Source: Eledone cirrhosa
Lineage: Eukaryota
Reading direction: 5' to 3'
Assembly: GCA_964016885.1 (NCBI GenBank)
Contig: OZ024741.1
Span: 207,948,001-208,012,000 of the forward strand
Length of the DNA stretch: 64,000 nt
Positions 1 through 14,908 of this stretch are shown piece by piece (position 1 is the first letter of the stretch; each line of letters begins with the position of its first letter). Below the pieces are notes generated by a model. The model did not search any database and was not told the origin of the DNA. It saw only the letters and a program-made list of their open reading frames with translations. Made by a program: the position numbers and the translations under genes.

Positions 1-590
1 TTCGCACGGACAATTCTACGTTGCCTGCTCACGAGTTGGCAGTCGAGATAATCTCTTTGCGTTTGTTCCGAAAAGAAAAACAAAGAATATCGTCTATCCT
101 GAAGTGCTTTACTGTTAACAAAAAAAAACTTATTACAGCTCTGCCTTGACTTCACCTTACTCATAACAAAACATACCAATGAATATGTCATGCAGGATAT
201 TTAGTATTATAAGTTCAAAATTTAACCATACACAGCAAAGGATGCGCTCAAAGAATAGATTTTCTCTTATTCTACTCTCATTTTTTTTTTTGTATACTCT
301 GCTTTCATTACAACTTTTTGTACTTTAGCAAAACTGCCTGTTTTATTTACAGATTTGCTACGTGTATTGTCTTTAATCATTTGTATAACTACATCCTGTT
401 CAGTGTTTTCCTTAATTATCAGCATAGTTTTATGTGTACAAAGATTGCACTAAATATTCGTTTGCATTAATTATTGAAGACTTCTGCTTATTTTGACAGG
501 TTGGGGACAAATAATTTTCTTCTTTTACTTCCTAGCTGTATATTCTTAGCATAATTTCAAACATCGAGCAACGCCGGGTAAATCTACTAG

Positions 591-705
<115 letters not shown>

Positions 706-862
706 CGTTTGACATAAGAAGCTATGGAAGAATATGAAATCTGAAAAGTGTGCCTCCCAACGCAAATGACCATAATAATAGTCGATCATTATAAATAGTA
801 GCTGAGAAAATCAGAGTTTAAAAAGGTGGACAGATGTTTACTAAACCTCTCTCCATATGTAC

Positions 863-948
863 ACGTCTGAAGAAACGATAACGTTCCGACTTCTGCTATA
901 ATATCGTCGTAGTCGTGAGCAGAATTATCGTAGAATCAATTGTTACAT
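863..948 (+). ncRNA. Type I hammerhead ribozyme motif with extended stem II (degenerate)
   Basis: Reads acgt-CTGAAGA-a-acgataa..ttctgct..agcagaa-ttatcgt-a-GAAT-caattg-TT-acat, then AATAAA. GAAA is mutated to GAAT and stem I has one mismatch. Confidence 0.6.
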
Positions 949-1359
949 AATAAATGTGTTGTAATCAGCTTTTCACTCATTGTTTTCGCTATACTCTGCG
1001 ATCTTACGTTACTATTAGGTAAATGATAATGGGGTCCTGAATTTACAATGGACTCATCGTATTGAGTGCTGAAGGTAGAGTTTGCTGGAGGGGTGTTGTT
1101 GTTCTTGTTGGTGGTAGTAGGTGGTAGTCATAATGTTCGTCACAAGTACGAAAATACACACTTGACAGGTGCAAAGTGTCCGAACACGGAAGAGCCGAAC
1201 TCCTACAGTTATCGACCCAAACTCTCTCGCTCTCCCCATCTCTCTGTATAGTGAGCAAATGGGGTGCCATGTGCTGCCGCCCCACAGCCCCGGCGGACAG
1301 AATGGAGGTGTTCCTCCGGAGGATGGTGAGGGAGATGTGCTAGAAGAGTCATTCCGACA

Positions 1360-1740
1360 CTAGAATTATTGGCAGTATCGGTATAGCATCAGACAACTTG
1401 CTTCGAGACATAGAGATGTGGCCCTTTACATTCTGAGTTCAAATCCCGCCAAGGTTAGCTTTGCCTTTCATCTTTATGGGATCGATAAAGGGGTCTATTT
1501 AATCGAGTTTTCCCTCCCCTAAATTTGTTGGCCTTGTGCCTAAATCAAACACCATTATTATTAGTGGATTGGCAGTATCGGTAGAGGGTCGGACGCCATG
1601 CTTTGCAGCAAAGAGTTACGGTTCTTTATGGTCTGAGTTCAAATCCACCAAGGTTAACTTTGCTTTTCATCCTTACGGGCTCGATAAAATAAAATACCAG
1701 TAATGCATTGTGAATTGCTGTGCTAAAAGTAGAAACAATT
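1360..1740 (+). mobile_element. Two tandem tRNA-derived SINEs (octopus OK-like family)
   Basis: ggcagtatcggtag..tctgagttcaaatcc (A/B-box-like) followed by aggttaactttgcctttcatccttacggggtcgataaaataaagtaccag; more than 10 copies occur in the window. Confidence 0.85.
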
Positions 1741-2089
1741 ATTATTATTTTCCTTTGATTTTGCTGTATGTGTAATGACTACCAAGTATCTACCAGATAC
1801 ATAGGGTAGGCATCATTAGTTTTGACAGTTTCCGACAACATTATTATTGTCCTCAAATTCACTTAACAAGTTACATCACAAAGGTTGATAGGTAAATAAA
1901 TTAAAAAAGAAAGAGAAAGAAGTATTAAGTAGTATAATAAATATGAATTAATTTTGCATTAAAGATATTTGAATGGTATTAATAATTGATTAAAAATTAA
2001 CGATGGTGTTGACATATTACAAAGACAAAACTTTACGAAGTAAGTGGCCAGTACTTGTTAGAACTATCTTTTGGGTTTTATAGATGCTA

Positions 2090-2600
2090 GGTTTACCAGG
2101 TATGTTTTCTAGAAACTTTTGAACACCTTTCTTTATGACACATAAAGCTCCTATCACTACCGGAATAGTTTGGGTTTTAAGGTGCTACATTCTGTTTATC
2201 TCAATTTCTAGATCTTTCTATTTAGCAAGTTTTTAATACTCTTTTGCTGACACATTTCAATCAGATGATACAGTCATGTTAATGAGTAAGTAGGTCTTGT
2301 TTTTTAAAACATTAACAATAATATTGGGGAAGTTTGCATTAATAGTACGATCTGTGTGAATGGTAAAGTTCCAAAGGATTGTTCATCTTTCAGTCTCAGT
2401 TACTGGTTGTAGTTTGGGTTCATACCAGTTTCTTCATGTTCTGCATTGTATTTCTTGCATATTATCCAGTGGATATATTGCCCCACCCTATTATGTCTAA
2501 TCCTATATTTAGTTGGTGTTAGTGTGGGACATTCTGATATTATATGGTCAAGTGTTTCAAGCTGTACATCAAATATCCTATACGACACGGACCACCAACA
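2090..2600 (-). pseudogene. Non-LTR retrotransposon 3' fragment with Zn-knuckle and restriction-like endonuclease (R4/NeSL-like)
   Basis: ETLDHIISECPTL..YRIRHNRVGQYIHWIICKKY in ORF 2400-2603, followed by a frameshifted ILWNFTIHTDRTINAN.P motif. Confidence 0.7.
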
Positions 2601-2845
2601 CATATGAATTTACACACACACACACACACACACTCACACACGCACGCACACACACACACACACACATATATACACACACATACATATATGTACATACATG
2701 CATACACACACACATATGACATATGTACATATGCACAGTTCTACTTCTTCACCCGTCCTGCTTATTCACGATAATCTATTGTACATTTATTTCTCGCAAT
2801 CAGCAGAGAACCACCTTTTAAGTATGTCAACCACCCACTCAGTTG

Positions 2846-3540
<695 letters not shown>

Positions 3541-4166
3541 CATACATGCATACAAATAAATATATTTGGGTGTGAGTGTGGGAGACTTTAGAATCATATT
3601 TATCTCTAGTCAACAAGCTGTATATTTTTCTCTTATATAATTTTATCAACAATTTTACACGATTTCATTCTAAAAGGATTTCTGTAATAGATTTCTGTAG
3701 TGTTTCCTGTGTAACTTCATTTACTTCCGGTTTCAACTTGTGGAACACTCAAAATAGCTTATTATGCTTATAACCCTCCCTGAACAACAGCAGGGTTTTC
3801 CTCCTATAGTTACTGTTAATGTATATGAACGTTGGATCTTCCAGAAAATACGAGAACTTTCGAGAATATCAATATGTATTCATCAATGTCTTGCTGTGTC
3901 TATTTAGTCCGTTACATTCTAAATTCAAACCTTGGCGATGTTAGCTTTGCGGTGCCCCAGCATGGCCTCAGCCGAATAGCTGGAACAGGTAAAAGAGTAA
4001 AAGAGTAACCAGTCAAGTATGGGTTTGGTTTAATTGAATAACACACCCTAAATTTGATGCCTTGTGCATAAAATAAAGTACCAGTTAAGTACTGGAGTCC
4101 ACATAATTGACATCTCTATCCCCGAAGTTGCTGGACTTGAGCCTAAATTAGGAATCACATATCTTA

Positions 4167-4239
<73 letters not shown>

Positions 4240-4284
4240 GGTGGTGGTGGTAGTAGTAGTAGTAGTATTAGTAGTAGGAATTTT

Positions 4285-4590
4285 TCTTTAAACCCAGGTC
4301 AGCCAGATCAAAGAAATCTATGATTAATTGCATTTCAGCCGTGACCATCCTGTCTTAAATAACAGGAACTACATTATTTATTTCTTCATTCTTTTGAGAT
4401 AGTCGAGTGCCATTTGATTGACAATTGCTATTTCTGTCAGGTCAAGTGTAGGTACCCTATTTAGTATCCCTCGTTGGCTCGTGCATACATATATACACAC
4501 ATAAAACAGGAGCGTAACATTTGAGGGAAATTTGGTTGCTATTTCTACTATGTATACTTCGTTAAGGGTCTCGCGATAGTAGTGTTTTAT
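4285..4590 (+). repeat. Dispersed repeat (aacccaggtcag..cagccgtgaccatcc..gctatttct..caggtcaagtg)
   Basis: Similar sequence at about 34925-35100 (-), 35975-36130 (+) and 51800-52020 (-). Confidence 0.55.
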
Positions 4591-5189
4591 GTTGTTTAAT
4601 ATAATAAAGTCGGTTAAATGAACTTCAGTATTTAACTGATACTTTATTTCATTGAACCCGAACGGATGAAAAGGCTAAGTTAACCTCTGCGAGGTTTGAA
4701 CATAGAAGGTAAAGACCCAGAAAGGCACTTGCTCAAGATGGCACCCACTGAGATTGAACCCGAGACCTCATGATTGCAAAGCAACCTTTTAAACTGTTCA
4801 ACCATGCCCACGTCCGAGTAATTAATAAAAAGCCGCAAGATCCTCACATTAATTAGCATTTAAAAATGAAAAGAATAAACTTGCACGTCAGAAGTTAATT
4901 CTTCAAAAAGTACTCATTTTTTTTTTATTACGTACCATGTGACCCCAGAATTGCTTACTAAAGTACTCACAGAAATAACTTTAGAAGAAAAACTTTGTAT
5001 ACCCTCTCTTGGATTCGTACATCGTTAAATCACGTCCATTTTGAAGATTATGTTTTTGCTAACAAATAAGAGGAGATAGCAAGAAATAGCTAATTACCAT
5101 AAGAAACAGTGACTTCCTTTAATCTCCTCGTCACAACTGAACATGTTGATTAGGTTTCATTTCTGTGGAAGATATTACACATATGATCA

Positions 5190-5380
5190 ATAATTGTTTC
5201 TACGTTAGGCACAAAGCCAGCAATTACCCAGTGTATTACTGGTATTTTATTTTATCGACCCCGTAAGGATGAAAGGCAAAGTTAACCTCGGCGGGATTTG
5301 AACTCAGAATGGCAAGAGCCGTAACTCTATGCGTCAAAACATGGCGTCCAAACACTCTACCAATACTGCCAATCCACCAA
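5190..5380 (-). mobile_element. tRNA-derived SINE (OK-like)
   Basis: Reverse complement of the 1563-1740 and 55731-55915 copies. Confidence 0.85.
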
Positions 5381-5689
5381 ACTGTCAAGCTATCAACTTC
5401 TAATGTGGCATGATATTGTTGCTAAAACAATATATAATGTTATCTGCAAGAGAAACTGCTCTGATATAAATATATAAAACACTACTGTTATAGAATATTT
5501 ACATAGATATTAGTAGAAGATTTTCATCAAAACATCCAACTGAAATAGCTGCTTTTTTGCAGAAAAACAAATATGTGCAGTCATCTGCTCTGTCAGTATG
5601 GAGATTTCTTCAAATATCATGGATTAATGAATAAAATATTTATGGATAACGGCTTCGAAACTTATCACTTCTTTACTCGGATAATAAAT

Positions 5690-6130
5690 TCACCTTTATG
5701 ACGCCTCGAACCTTGTGGCTTCGGTCACAAACCCGGACTCGGTTGCTCGCAATGCAAAGGAGAGGAAGATAGTTAAATACCGGGGCCTGACTGACCGCTT
5801 CTTCTATGTACCGGTCTATGTCGAGACATCTGGTGTTCTTGGTCCCAGCACTGCTGATTTCCTCCGTAAAATCGGAAAGACAGAGGTGCGCTTGGGGAAG
5901 GAGCCCGGAAAGAATGCGATCCGCTTAAGAAGGGAGTCCCGTGAGGTGGGTGGCTGTTGCAGTGGGTGTCTCTGGCCACTCTGCATAGTAAGTCTGCCAT
6001 TTTATTAACACTGCTCAGACTGGGGTGTAGTGTCTGTCCATCAGCCTCTCCATTTCTTTCGTTGCTTCATTCTTTTTTTCTTTTTCTTCGTTTCATTCCC
6101 TCCTTTTTTGTTCCCTTTAATAGTGTATGT
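5690..6130 (+). pseudogene. CRE-like non-LTR retrotransposon 3' end (restriction-like endonuclease)
   Basis: ARNAKERKIVKYRGLTDRFFYVPVYVETSGVLGP in ORF 5715-6008; homologous pieces at 13425-13590 (+) and 62406-62800 (-). Confidence 0.7.
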
Positions 6131-6432
6131 TGTTTTTTGTATAAACAGCTTTTTCATATAATATACTAGGCTATGATTATAAGTATACGTTGGCAATGTT
6201 AGTATAAGTCAGTGATAAACTCAAAAAGAAGGGGGTCTTCAGACAATGAAGTGACCAATTTTCATGCATAAACGAAGCGTAATAAATATGCAAGCATTTT
6301 CTTAAATTTCTACATGCCAATTTCAACGTTATTGTTATCTATATTACAGTGACGATAGTATTCGAACACACATGCATGCGTACATACATTTACAAAGATA
6401 ATAAACACACATATACATGCACAATTGTAGAT

Positions 6433-6525
<93 letters not shown>

Positions 6526-6649
6526 TATATATATATATATATATATTTTGAGTTTATGTTGGTTGTATACCAACACCTCAGTATGCAGGCTGGAGCACTC
6601 GACGAAGTGCGCAGGTTGGTTTGGTTACTCCGGAGTAGTGTAAAATAAA

Positions 6650-6900
6650 GTTAAATAAAAGTCAAATGATTAAAATTTAGCTTCGTTTATTACTGCTATA
6701 TATATTTCAGTGACAGCCATCTTTGGCTGTGACCTCTTCAGGCAGTTTGAATTAGTATGGTATAGACAAGTACATATGTTGTTTAGGTGTATGATATTGT
6801 CAATACTCTGATATGTCCAGTTCCTTGCTGGGTTGTTAATTCACTGGGGAACTGGAGTCATATGAATTCAAACAAACGAATTTTCGTGTCACAGGTCCCC
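6650..6900 (-). mobile_element. Penelope-like element 3' end (pLTR), family B
   Basis: Reverse-complement match to 18461-18680; contains an HHR. Confidence 0.7.
6692..6746 (-). ncRNA. Type I hammerhead ribozyme (family B)
   Basis: Minus strand reads actgc-CTGAAGA-ggtcacagcc-aaagat-ggctgtcact-GAAA-tatata-TA-gcagt. Confidence 0.85.
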
Positions 6901-7649
6901 TTCTCCTCTCATTGGTCAGTTATTAGAACATTCTTCATTCTAAGTGTTGTTATTGTTGGAGTTAGCTTAAAAATTGATAAAATGGTAGAAGGGACAAGGT
7001 GTTGAAGGAACAAAATATCAAAAAATGTGTCAAACTTCCCATTGTTCAGTTCTGAGAGCATTCCTCAGTCAGAAGTCTATAGAATTCTTTCTGGGGTGAG
7101 GCTCCCTGTAGTGTTTATGCCTGCTATTGTTCAGTACATTTGACCTCCACCATTATTTTGGTACTGTTGTTGTTGTAGTGGTCATCTTGCTGCTGCTAAC
7201 AATTTAGAAGTATCCAGTTTGTGTTTTCTCTTCATCCCACCCGCCACCATCGTAGTGGTGGTGGGGGGGGGGGGGGGGTTCTTTCATGTATATGAAGAAA
7301 TATAAGGCAATAAATGAAGAAAACAGAAGATAAATAATATAATAAAATAAAATAATTAATATAATTTGTGTAATTTGAAAATAAATAAATAAATAGAGAA
7401 TAAAGAATAAAGAGTAAATGAGAGATTGGTGAAAAAGTAATGATAATGTATATGGAGAAGTGAGAAATAATGTAGGATAAAGTGTGTGTGTGTGTGCTAT
7501 AACCAATCTCAAGGTCAGAATATGTTGGATATGTTGGATTCACAGAACATTTATTATAATGCTCGGTGTGTTTGTAAACAAAACATCCCGTATTAAGCCG
7601 TAGTGTCCAGCAACCATCGTTGCTCTTTTGTTCAACACTGACAAAGGAA

Positions 7650-7691
7650 CGCTGTACTAGTTTCAAGCTTATTAGCTTCTCGTCAGCAACG
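7650..7691 (-). ncRNA. Minimal type I hammerhead ribozyme (family A)
   Basis: Minus strand reads cgttg-CTGACGA-g-aagct-aata-agctt-GAAA-ctag-TA-cagcg. Confidence 0.85.
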
Positions 7692-8140
7692 TATACCTTC
7701 CTGCCAGATTGTTGAACGTATATACTTACCTTATGCATATTAACGGCTGAGTAGCCCAATTTGCATATCGAGTGGGTTAATCGGCCGGGTGCACCGAAAA
7801 CGATAAACGGAAAAAATGAAACGAAATTTCATTTCCCACTCTTAGTACGGCTGTTACTTAAATATAAGTATGTACTCGTACATACATATATGTATACAGA
7901 CGTACAGTAGTATGTATATATATATACATACATGCACACATATATATATGGTACGTGTACATACTTATATTTAAGTAACAGCCGTACTAAGAGTGGGAAA
8001 TGAAATTTCGTTTCATTTTTTCCGTTTATCGTTTTCGGTGCACCCGGCCGATTAACCCACTCGATATACAAATTGGGCTACTCAGCCGTTAATATGCATA
8101 AGGTAAGTATATACGTTCAACAATCTGGCAGGAAGGTATA

Positions 8141-8181
8141 CGTTGCTGACGATAGCTAATAAGCTTGAAACTAGTACAGCG
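8141..8181 (+). ncRNA. Minimal type I hammerhead ribozyme (family A)
   Basis: cgttg-CTGACGA-tagct-aata-agctt-GAAA-ctag-TA-cagcg; predicted cleavage after GUA at 8176. Confidence 0.85.
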
Positions 8182-8604
8182 TTCCTTTGTCAGTGTTGAA
8201 CAAACGAGCAACGAGAGTTGCTAGACACTACGGCTTAATACGGGATGTTTTGTTTACAAACACACCGAGCATTATAATAAATGTTCTGTGAATCCATGCG
8301 TACATATATATGTGTGCATGTATGTATATATATATATACATACTACTGTACGTCTGTATACATATATGTATGTACGTGTACATACTTATATTTAAGTAAC
8401 AGCCGTACTAAGAGTGGGAAATGAAATTTCGTTTCATTGTTTCCGTTTATATATATATATATATATTTTTTTTTTCTCCGGATTACTTTTGGAACTACAA
8501 CTGAAACCGTCGAGCAAACTCTACGTGAGCTGTCCATCTACTGTGTGTAATATTTATATTACAACACTACGGAAAATACTGTATATATATATTTGTATAT
8601 ATAT

Positions 8605-9188
8605 ATCACCTTGATCACCTTGACCGGCGCCGCTGGTCACAGCACACCGTCCATTCCTTTCTGGATCGTGCCTTCCTCATCTATGTAGTCCCAATCGTAT
8701 TCCTAAAAACGTAACTCCACTCTTGTAGAGGTCTTCCGAGTGGTCGTTTCCGCTCGAGCGGGTACCACTCGGCAACTGCGCGGGTCCACCGATTATCGGT
8801 GAACCGGGCGACGTGTCCAGCCCATCTGAACTTGCTGCGCATATATTCCGTGATGACGTCCCTCACGCCGGACTTCTGTCTGATGATTTCGCTCCTGATG
8901 TGCTCTCTCAACGAGATTCCTAGCATTGATCTCTCCATGGCTCTTTGAAATAGAGGAGGTGGAGGAATACGTCTACTTGGGACAAGAAGTGAACATGCGC
9001 TGAGACATTGAGAGAGAGATCTCGCGGAGAGTAAGGGCCGGATGGAAGGCCTTCAACGGCATAAGGGATGTGCTCAAAGGGAGGTTGGACAAGACCACCC
9101 GCGCCAACCTCTTCAATAGCAGTTTTACCTACAATGTTATATGGCAGTGAAACTTGGGCTACAACGAAGAGAGAAGAGCAGAGGCTGG
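8605..9188. mobile_element. RTE-clade LINE 3' fragment with 5' inversion
   Basis: Minus 8605-8946 encodes QRAMERSMLGISLREHIRSE..KFRWAGHVARFTDNRW with a caaggtga-repeat tail. Plus 8947-9188 encodes the immediately upstream IEEVEEYVYLGQ..LPTMLYGSETW..EEQRLV. Confidence 0.85.
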
Positions 9189-9312
9189 TATATATGTATA
9201 TATATATATATAGGAAAAATAATGACCCCGACGGCAGAGCTCAAGCCGTTTCGACGGCTATTTCTGGACTGGTCCAACTGGTTCCTTCCCACAATTCCTT
9301 CGTTATATATAT

Positions 9313-9351
<39 letters not shown>

Positions 9352-9352
<1 letters not shown>

Positions 9353-10532
9353 TGTTATATTTGGGGAGGGTCACGTAATATTGCCAGAATTAATAACAGA
9401 ACACACTCACTGTTTGGTTGGTTTTCGCTTCTCGCTGTCTTTTATATATATATATCTGCGATCTAACTTACTCGGTCCTCAATGTTGCCATTGACTGACC
9501 GGCGGTCAAAAATAATACAGATACAATATAGACACAAACACATATATATAGTTTACATAATTTACATAAATCTTTCGTTGCACATCTGCAACATCGTCAG
9601 TGGTGTTATATTCATTGTTCCTCCTGTTGTGTTGTATGTCTACGCCATTTTTTTTTGTTCAGTCTGTCTATATATTTATTTATTTATTTGCTTGTTTGTT
9701 TATCTTATTTTATTTTGTCTTCTTTGCGCATGCGTTTGCGTGTGTGTATAGTGTGATGTGTGACTAGTGTGTATAGTGTTGTGTCTGCTGGGTGACTAGT
9801 GTGTGTTTATGTGCTTGTGTATGTATTTATTTATCTTATTTTATTTTATTTTATTTACTTATTTATACTTCTCTTAGGTCAGTGTTGTTTGTTTGGGTGT
9901 TGTTGTTGTTCCACTCATTCTTTCTGTTTAGCTTTGGTCTTCTAATTTCTATTTCACTGGCCTCTCTGATTTGCCTATCTGCTGGGTCATTCCTATGTTT
10001 AGATATTATTCTAATTTCTATGTTGTCTATGTTACCGTCATGTTGTTGTCTAGCATGTTCGTATAGTACTGACCCGTTTTTTCGTCCTTTTAGTTCTCCC
10101 CAGTGTTGGTCTATCCTTTCACCTATGCTACGAGCTGTCTCACCTATGTATGTTGTTGTCATGTTTCTGCAAGTACCCTCTGTACATCTTATGCTATAGA
10201 CTACGTTTCTAGTTTTACAGTTTATCCGGGGGTTCACCTTACAAATGATACATTTCCTATTGGTACAGTGGGTTTTCTTAAAAGGGTAGGTTTTGCTGAT
10301 CAGGGATTTTATGGTGGTTCCTGGCTTTTCTACCACCTTTATTTTTAAGTGGGTCTTTCTCAGGGCCTTTCTACACTGGTTAGCTAATTTCCCTCCAGGG
10401 GTGGCGTCCACAAACATGACACTCTGATATCTCTGTTCTGTTATTAATTCTGGCAATATTACGCAAATATGACCCTCCCCAAATATAACAATATCTGTTT
10501 CGACACACGATTTCATATAAAAAACCTCGCAA

Positions 10533-10534
<2 letters not shown>
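9352..10534 (-). mobile_element. Penelope-like element, 5'-truncated, with GIY-YIG endonuclease and inverted pLTR piece
   Basis: ORF 9863-10432 has a Cys-rich linker plus NVVYSIRC..YIGETARSIGERIDQH..RQIREA..PKLN. 10435-10494 is an inverted copy of 9352-9402, and both ends abut (AT)n. Confidence 0.9.
9564..9603 (-). ncRNA. Type I hammerhead ribozyme in PLE 3' region (weak stem I)
   Basis: Minus strand reads ca-CTGACGA-t-gttgca-gatg-tgcaac-GAAA-gatt-TA-tg. Confidence 0.7.
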
Positions 10535-10631
<97 letters not shown>

Positions 10632-10670
10632 TATATATACATATATATACACATATATATATATATATAC

Positions 10671-10717
<47 letters not shown>

Positions 10718-10769
10718 CATATATATATATACATATATATAAATATATATAATATATATAAATATATAT

Positions 10770-10801
<32 letters not shown>

Positions 10802-10809
10802 ACATATAT

Positions 10810-10884
<75 letters not shown>

Positions 10885-10954
10885 CATATATATATATAAA
10901 TATATATATACATATATATACATACATATATATATATATATATATGTACATATA

Positions 10955-12221
<1,267 letters not shown>

Positions 12222-12580
12222 TAGGTAGTGTTGAGTTTTATTTCGGATATATAGATGTCGAGGGGTAGGTTGCTAATTGGTCGAGGTTGGTGAGTGGGGG
12301 GATAATCGTGCATCAGATAGAAGAGTGGCGGGTAGTTAGACCAGCAAGTGATCGGGTAGACGGGTGTCTAGGTGACGACTGGCTTCAGAACAGGGTGGTG
12401 GGTTGCTGATGGCCGCGTCAGTTGGTAGATGTTTTTATTTGATAGCATCATCCAATTTCTAACAAGACAAGGCCTCTGTATATTTTAACGTAAAACGGGT
12501 CTCTTCATTCCCACGGTGATAAGAGACACACACACCACTTACTCTCACACACACACGCACTTATACACATACACAGACAC

Positions 12581-12626
<46 letters not shown>

Positions 12627-13424
12627 ATGTATAAAGGTGTGTGTGTTTGCGTGTGTCTATGTGTATATGAACACCTATACACATATACTCACATACAGAT
12701 ATATGTATACATGCACAACACTTATGCACAAGCACAAACAAAAGCACGCATGCCTATAAATATCAGATATTTCGTCAAACTTTCCTTGAATTCCTTCTTG
12801 GTAACATATATGTGTGTTTGTGTGGGACTGTGCGAGTTCGTGTGTACATGCGTTATATAATGCATTGAAAACATAACTATTACGAACATAATAGACAAAA
12901 ATAAATAAATTCTAGTGAAGAATGAAAACCTCAATATTTCGGACAGTTGTGATTCTTCACAAAGAAATAAATCAAGGGGCTCATGAATATGAACTCTTAC
13001 AAGCTAACATTTGCTGTCGCCAGTTTCCTTGCAATCCAGATATTACGAACATTTGCCTAAAACTAGATTTTAGATATTTCCCCTTAATGTATCTCAAATG
13101 TTCAGTATTTAGTTATTATTCACTGAAACAGTGCCGCACAAATGCCTTTGTGTAGCCATTATCAATGAGTTCAGAGTATACCGCTGTTTTGTCATTACAG
13201 TACAGGTCGGTTCCCTCGACTTGCCTGTTTGAATGACATCATCAGAAGGATCCTTAACGCAACTGATTTCCTATCAGAATTGGAGCCAGCAAACCTTGAC
13301 CGTGCTGGTGTTAAGTGCCTGCACGGATAAACCTTTTCCTGTTCGAGTGAGGTAAATATCTTATTTGAGACGCCATGTGCTGCGACACGTTCTCGGGCTA
13401 CAACCTTGTTGATTCAACTAAACA

Positions 13425-13590
13425 TCGGGTACTTTTGTAACGCAGAGTGAATGATACCTAAATTTCGGGGTTTGTCTGACCGCTTCCTTTTCGAGACCGG
13501 TTTCCTCACTCCCCAGATTCCCATTTTCCTCCATAAAATTGGAAATAGTGTTTCTCCCTTCAGTAAGGAGCTCCATCGAGTGACTGATGT
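13425..13590 (+). pseudogene. CRE-like LINE endonuclease fragment
   Basis: PKFRGLSDRFLFETG resembles VKYRGLTDRFF..VETSG at 5.77 kb. Confidence 0.5.
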
Positions 13591-14042
13591 AGTGTTAAAT
13601 TCTATCAGACAAACCCACCATACAACATTAGATAGCACCAACACCCCATCAGTATAACACAACAACGTCAGCCCCAATATAACATTGCCATCGTCAACAG
13701 CATCACCAACAACAACAACGCCAACATAAGATCATACCACAACAACAACGAATACCAATGCTAATAGAAACAACAACAGGAAAGTAACACCAACAGTAAT
13801 ATAACACTAACATAGCGACCAACATAAGTTTAGTTGGTACATCAGTTAAGGGGTCCGCCGCACTGCTAGAGAAGGGCCTATTAATATCTGACGCCATGCT
13901 CTCGAAAAAGAAATAAATAAATAAGAAAACATCCCCAGTCACCTTCAAATTTTAGGGTTGCTCATCACTCACACAAACAAGAGCCTCAAAGAAATCTATT
14001 CCTCCTTGCACATTTCTCTTAAATGCCCTAAAAAAAAAAAAT

Positions 14043-14225
14043 CGTTTCTACTTTTTGCACAAGGCCAGCAATTACCCAGTGCATTACTGGTGCTTTATTT
14101 TATCGACCCCGTAAGGATGAAAGGCAAAGTTAACCTCGGCGGGATTTGAACTCAGAACGTAAAGGGCTCTATGCTGCAAAGCATGTTGACCGACGCTCTA
14201 CTGATTTTGCCAATTCAATGCCGTA
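14043..14225 (-). mobile_element. tRNA-derived SINE (OK-like)
   Basis: Same core as the other copies. Confidence 0.85.
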
Positions 14226-14434
14226 AAAAATTAAATGCACCTCTGGTGATTTTGACGATACTTATTTAGTTGCCTTTTTATAATTGAACTACTTACACAT
14301 GAAATTGACGTGTAAGTGATTCAGTATTACACACACATGTTTACTCTTCACATAATTAGTTCTCACAATGTGATAGAGCTGGACTTTTGGATTGCATGTA
14401 CATTCTAGAGAGGGGGAGAAAGGGAAAGAGAGAG

Positions 14435-14469
<35 letters not shown>

Positions 14470-14678
14470 CGAAGGAGAAGATGAGATAAAGAGTGAGAGA
14501 GAGTTCCACAATGTGCACCGAAGCACATTGACAAGCACACTGGCAAGCACTATCACACGCGCTCGCATACACACACATGTGAACGAAGATGTACTTATAA
14601 GCATATTTGTATGAATAAGTGTACAGTATGACTGTTTGCATACATACATACATAAATACACACACACTCGCATACACA

Positions 14679-14710
<32 letters not shown>

Positions 14711-14722
14711 TACATACATGCA

Positions 14723-14775
<53 letters not shown>

Positions 14776-14843
14776 CTATCTATGTATCTATCTATTTATA
14801 TACAGATGTATATATATTATATATATATATACACATGTATATA

Positions 14844-14908
<65 letters not shown>

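Larger units (their letters stand above)
7535..8450. mobile_element. Non-autonomous HHR retroelement (retrozyme-like family A): 421-nt unit, two units head-to-head
   Basis: 7535-7950 is one unit on the minus strand. 7951-8450 is about 1.2 units on plus, with a direct repeat at 7951-8029 / 8372-8450, ending in (AT)n. No recognisable protein ORF. Confidence 0.8.

Noticed and set aside
12420-12460. Possible decayed hammerhead on the minus strand (ttgg..ccaa)
   Set aside because: Needs at least three core changes; not distinguishable from chance.
13195-13250. Minus-strand CTGATGA as a hammerhead
   Set aside because: No GAAA and no closing stems at suitable spacing.
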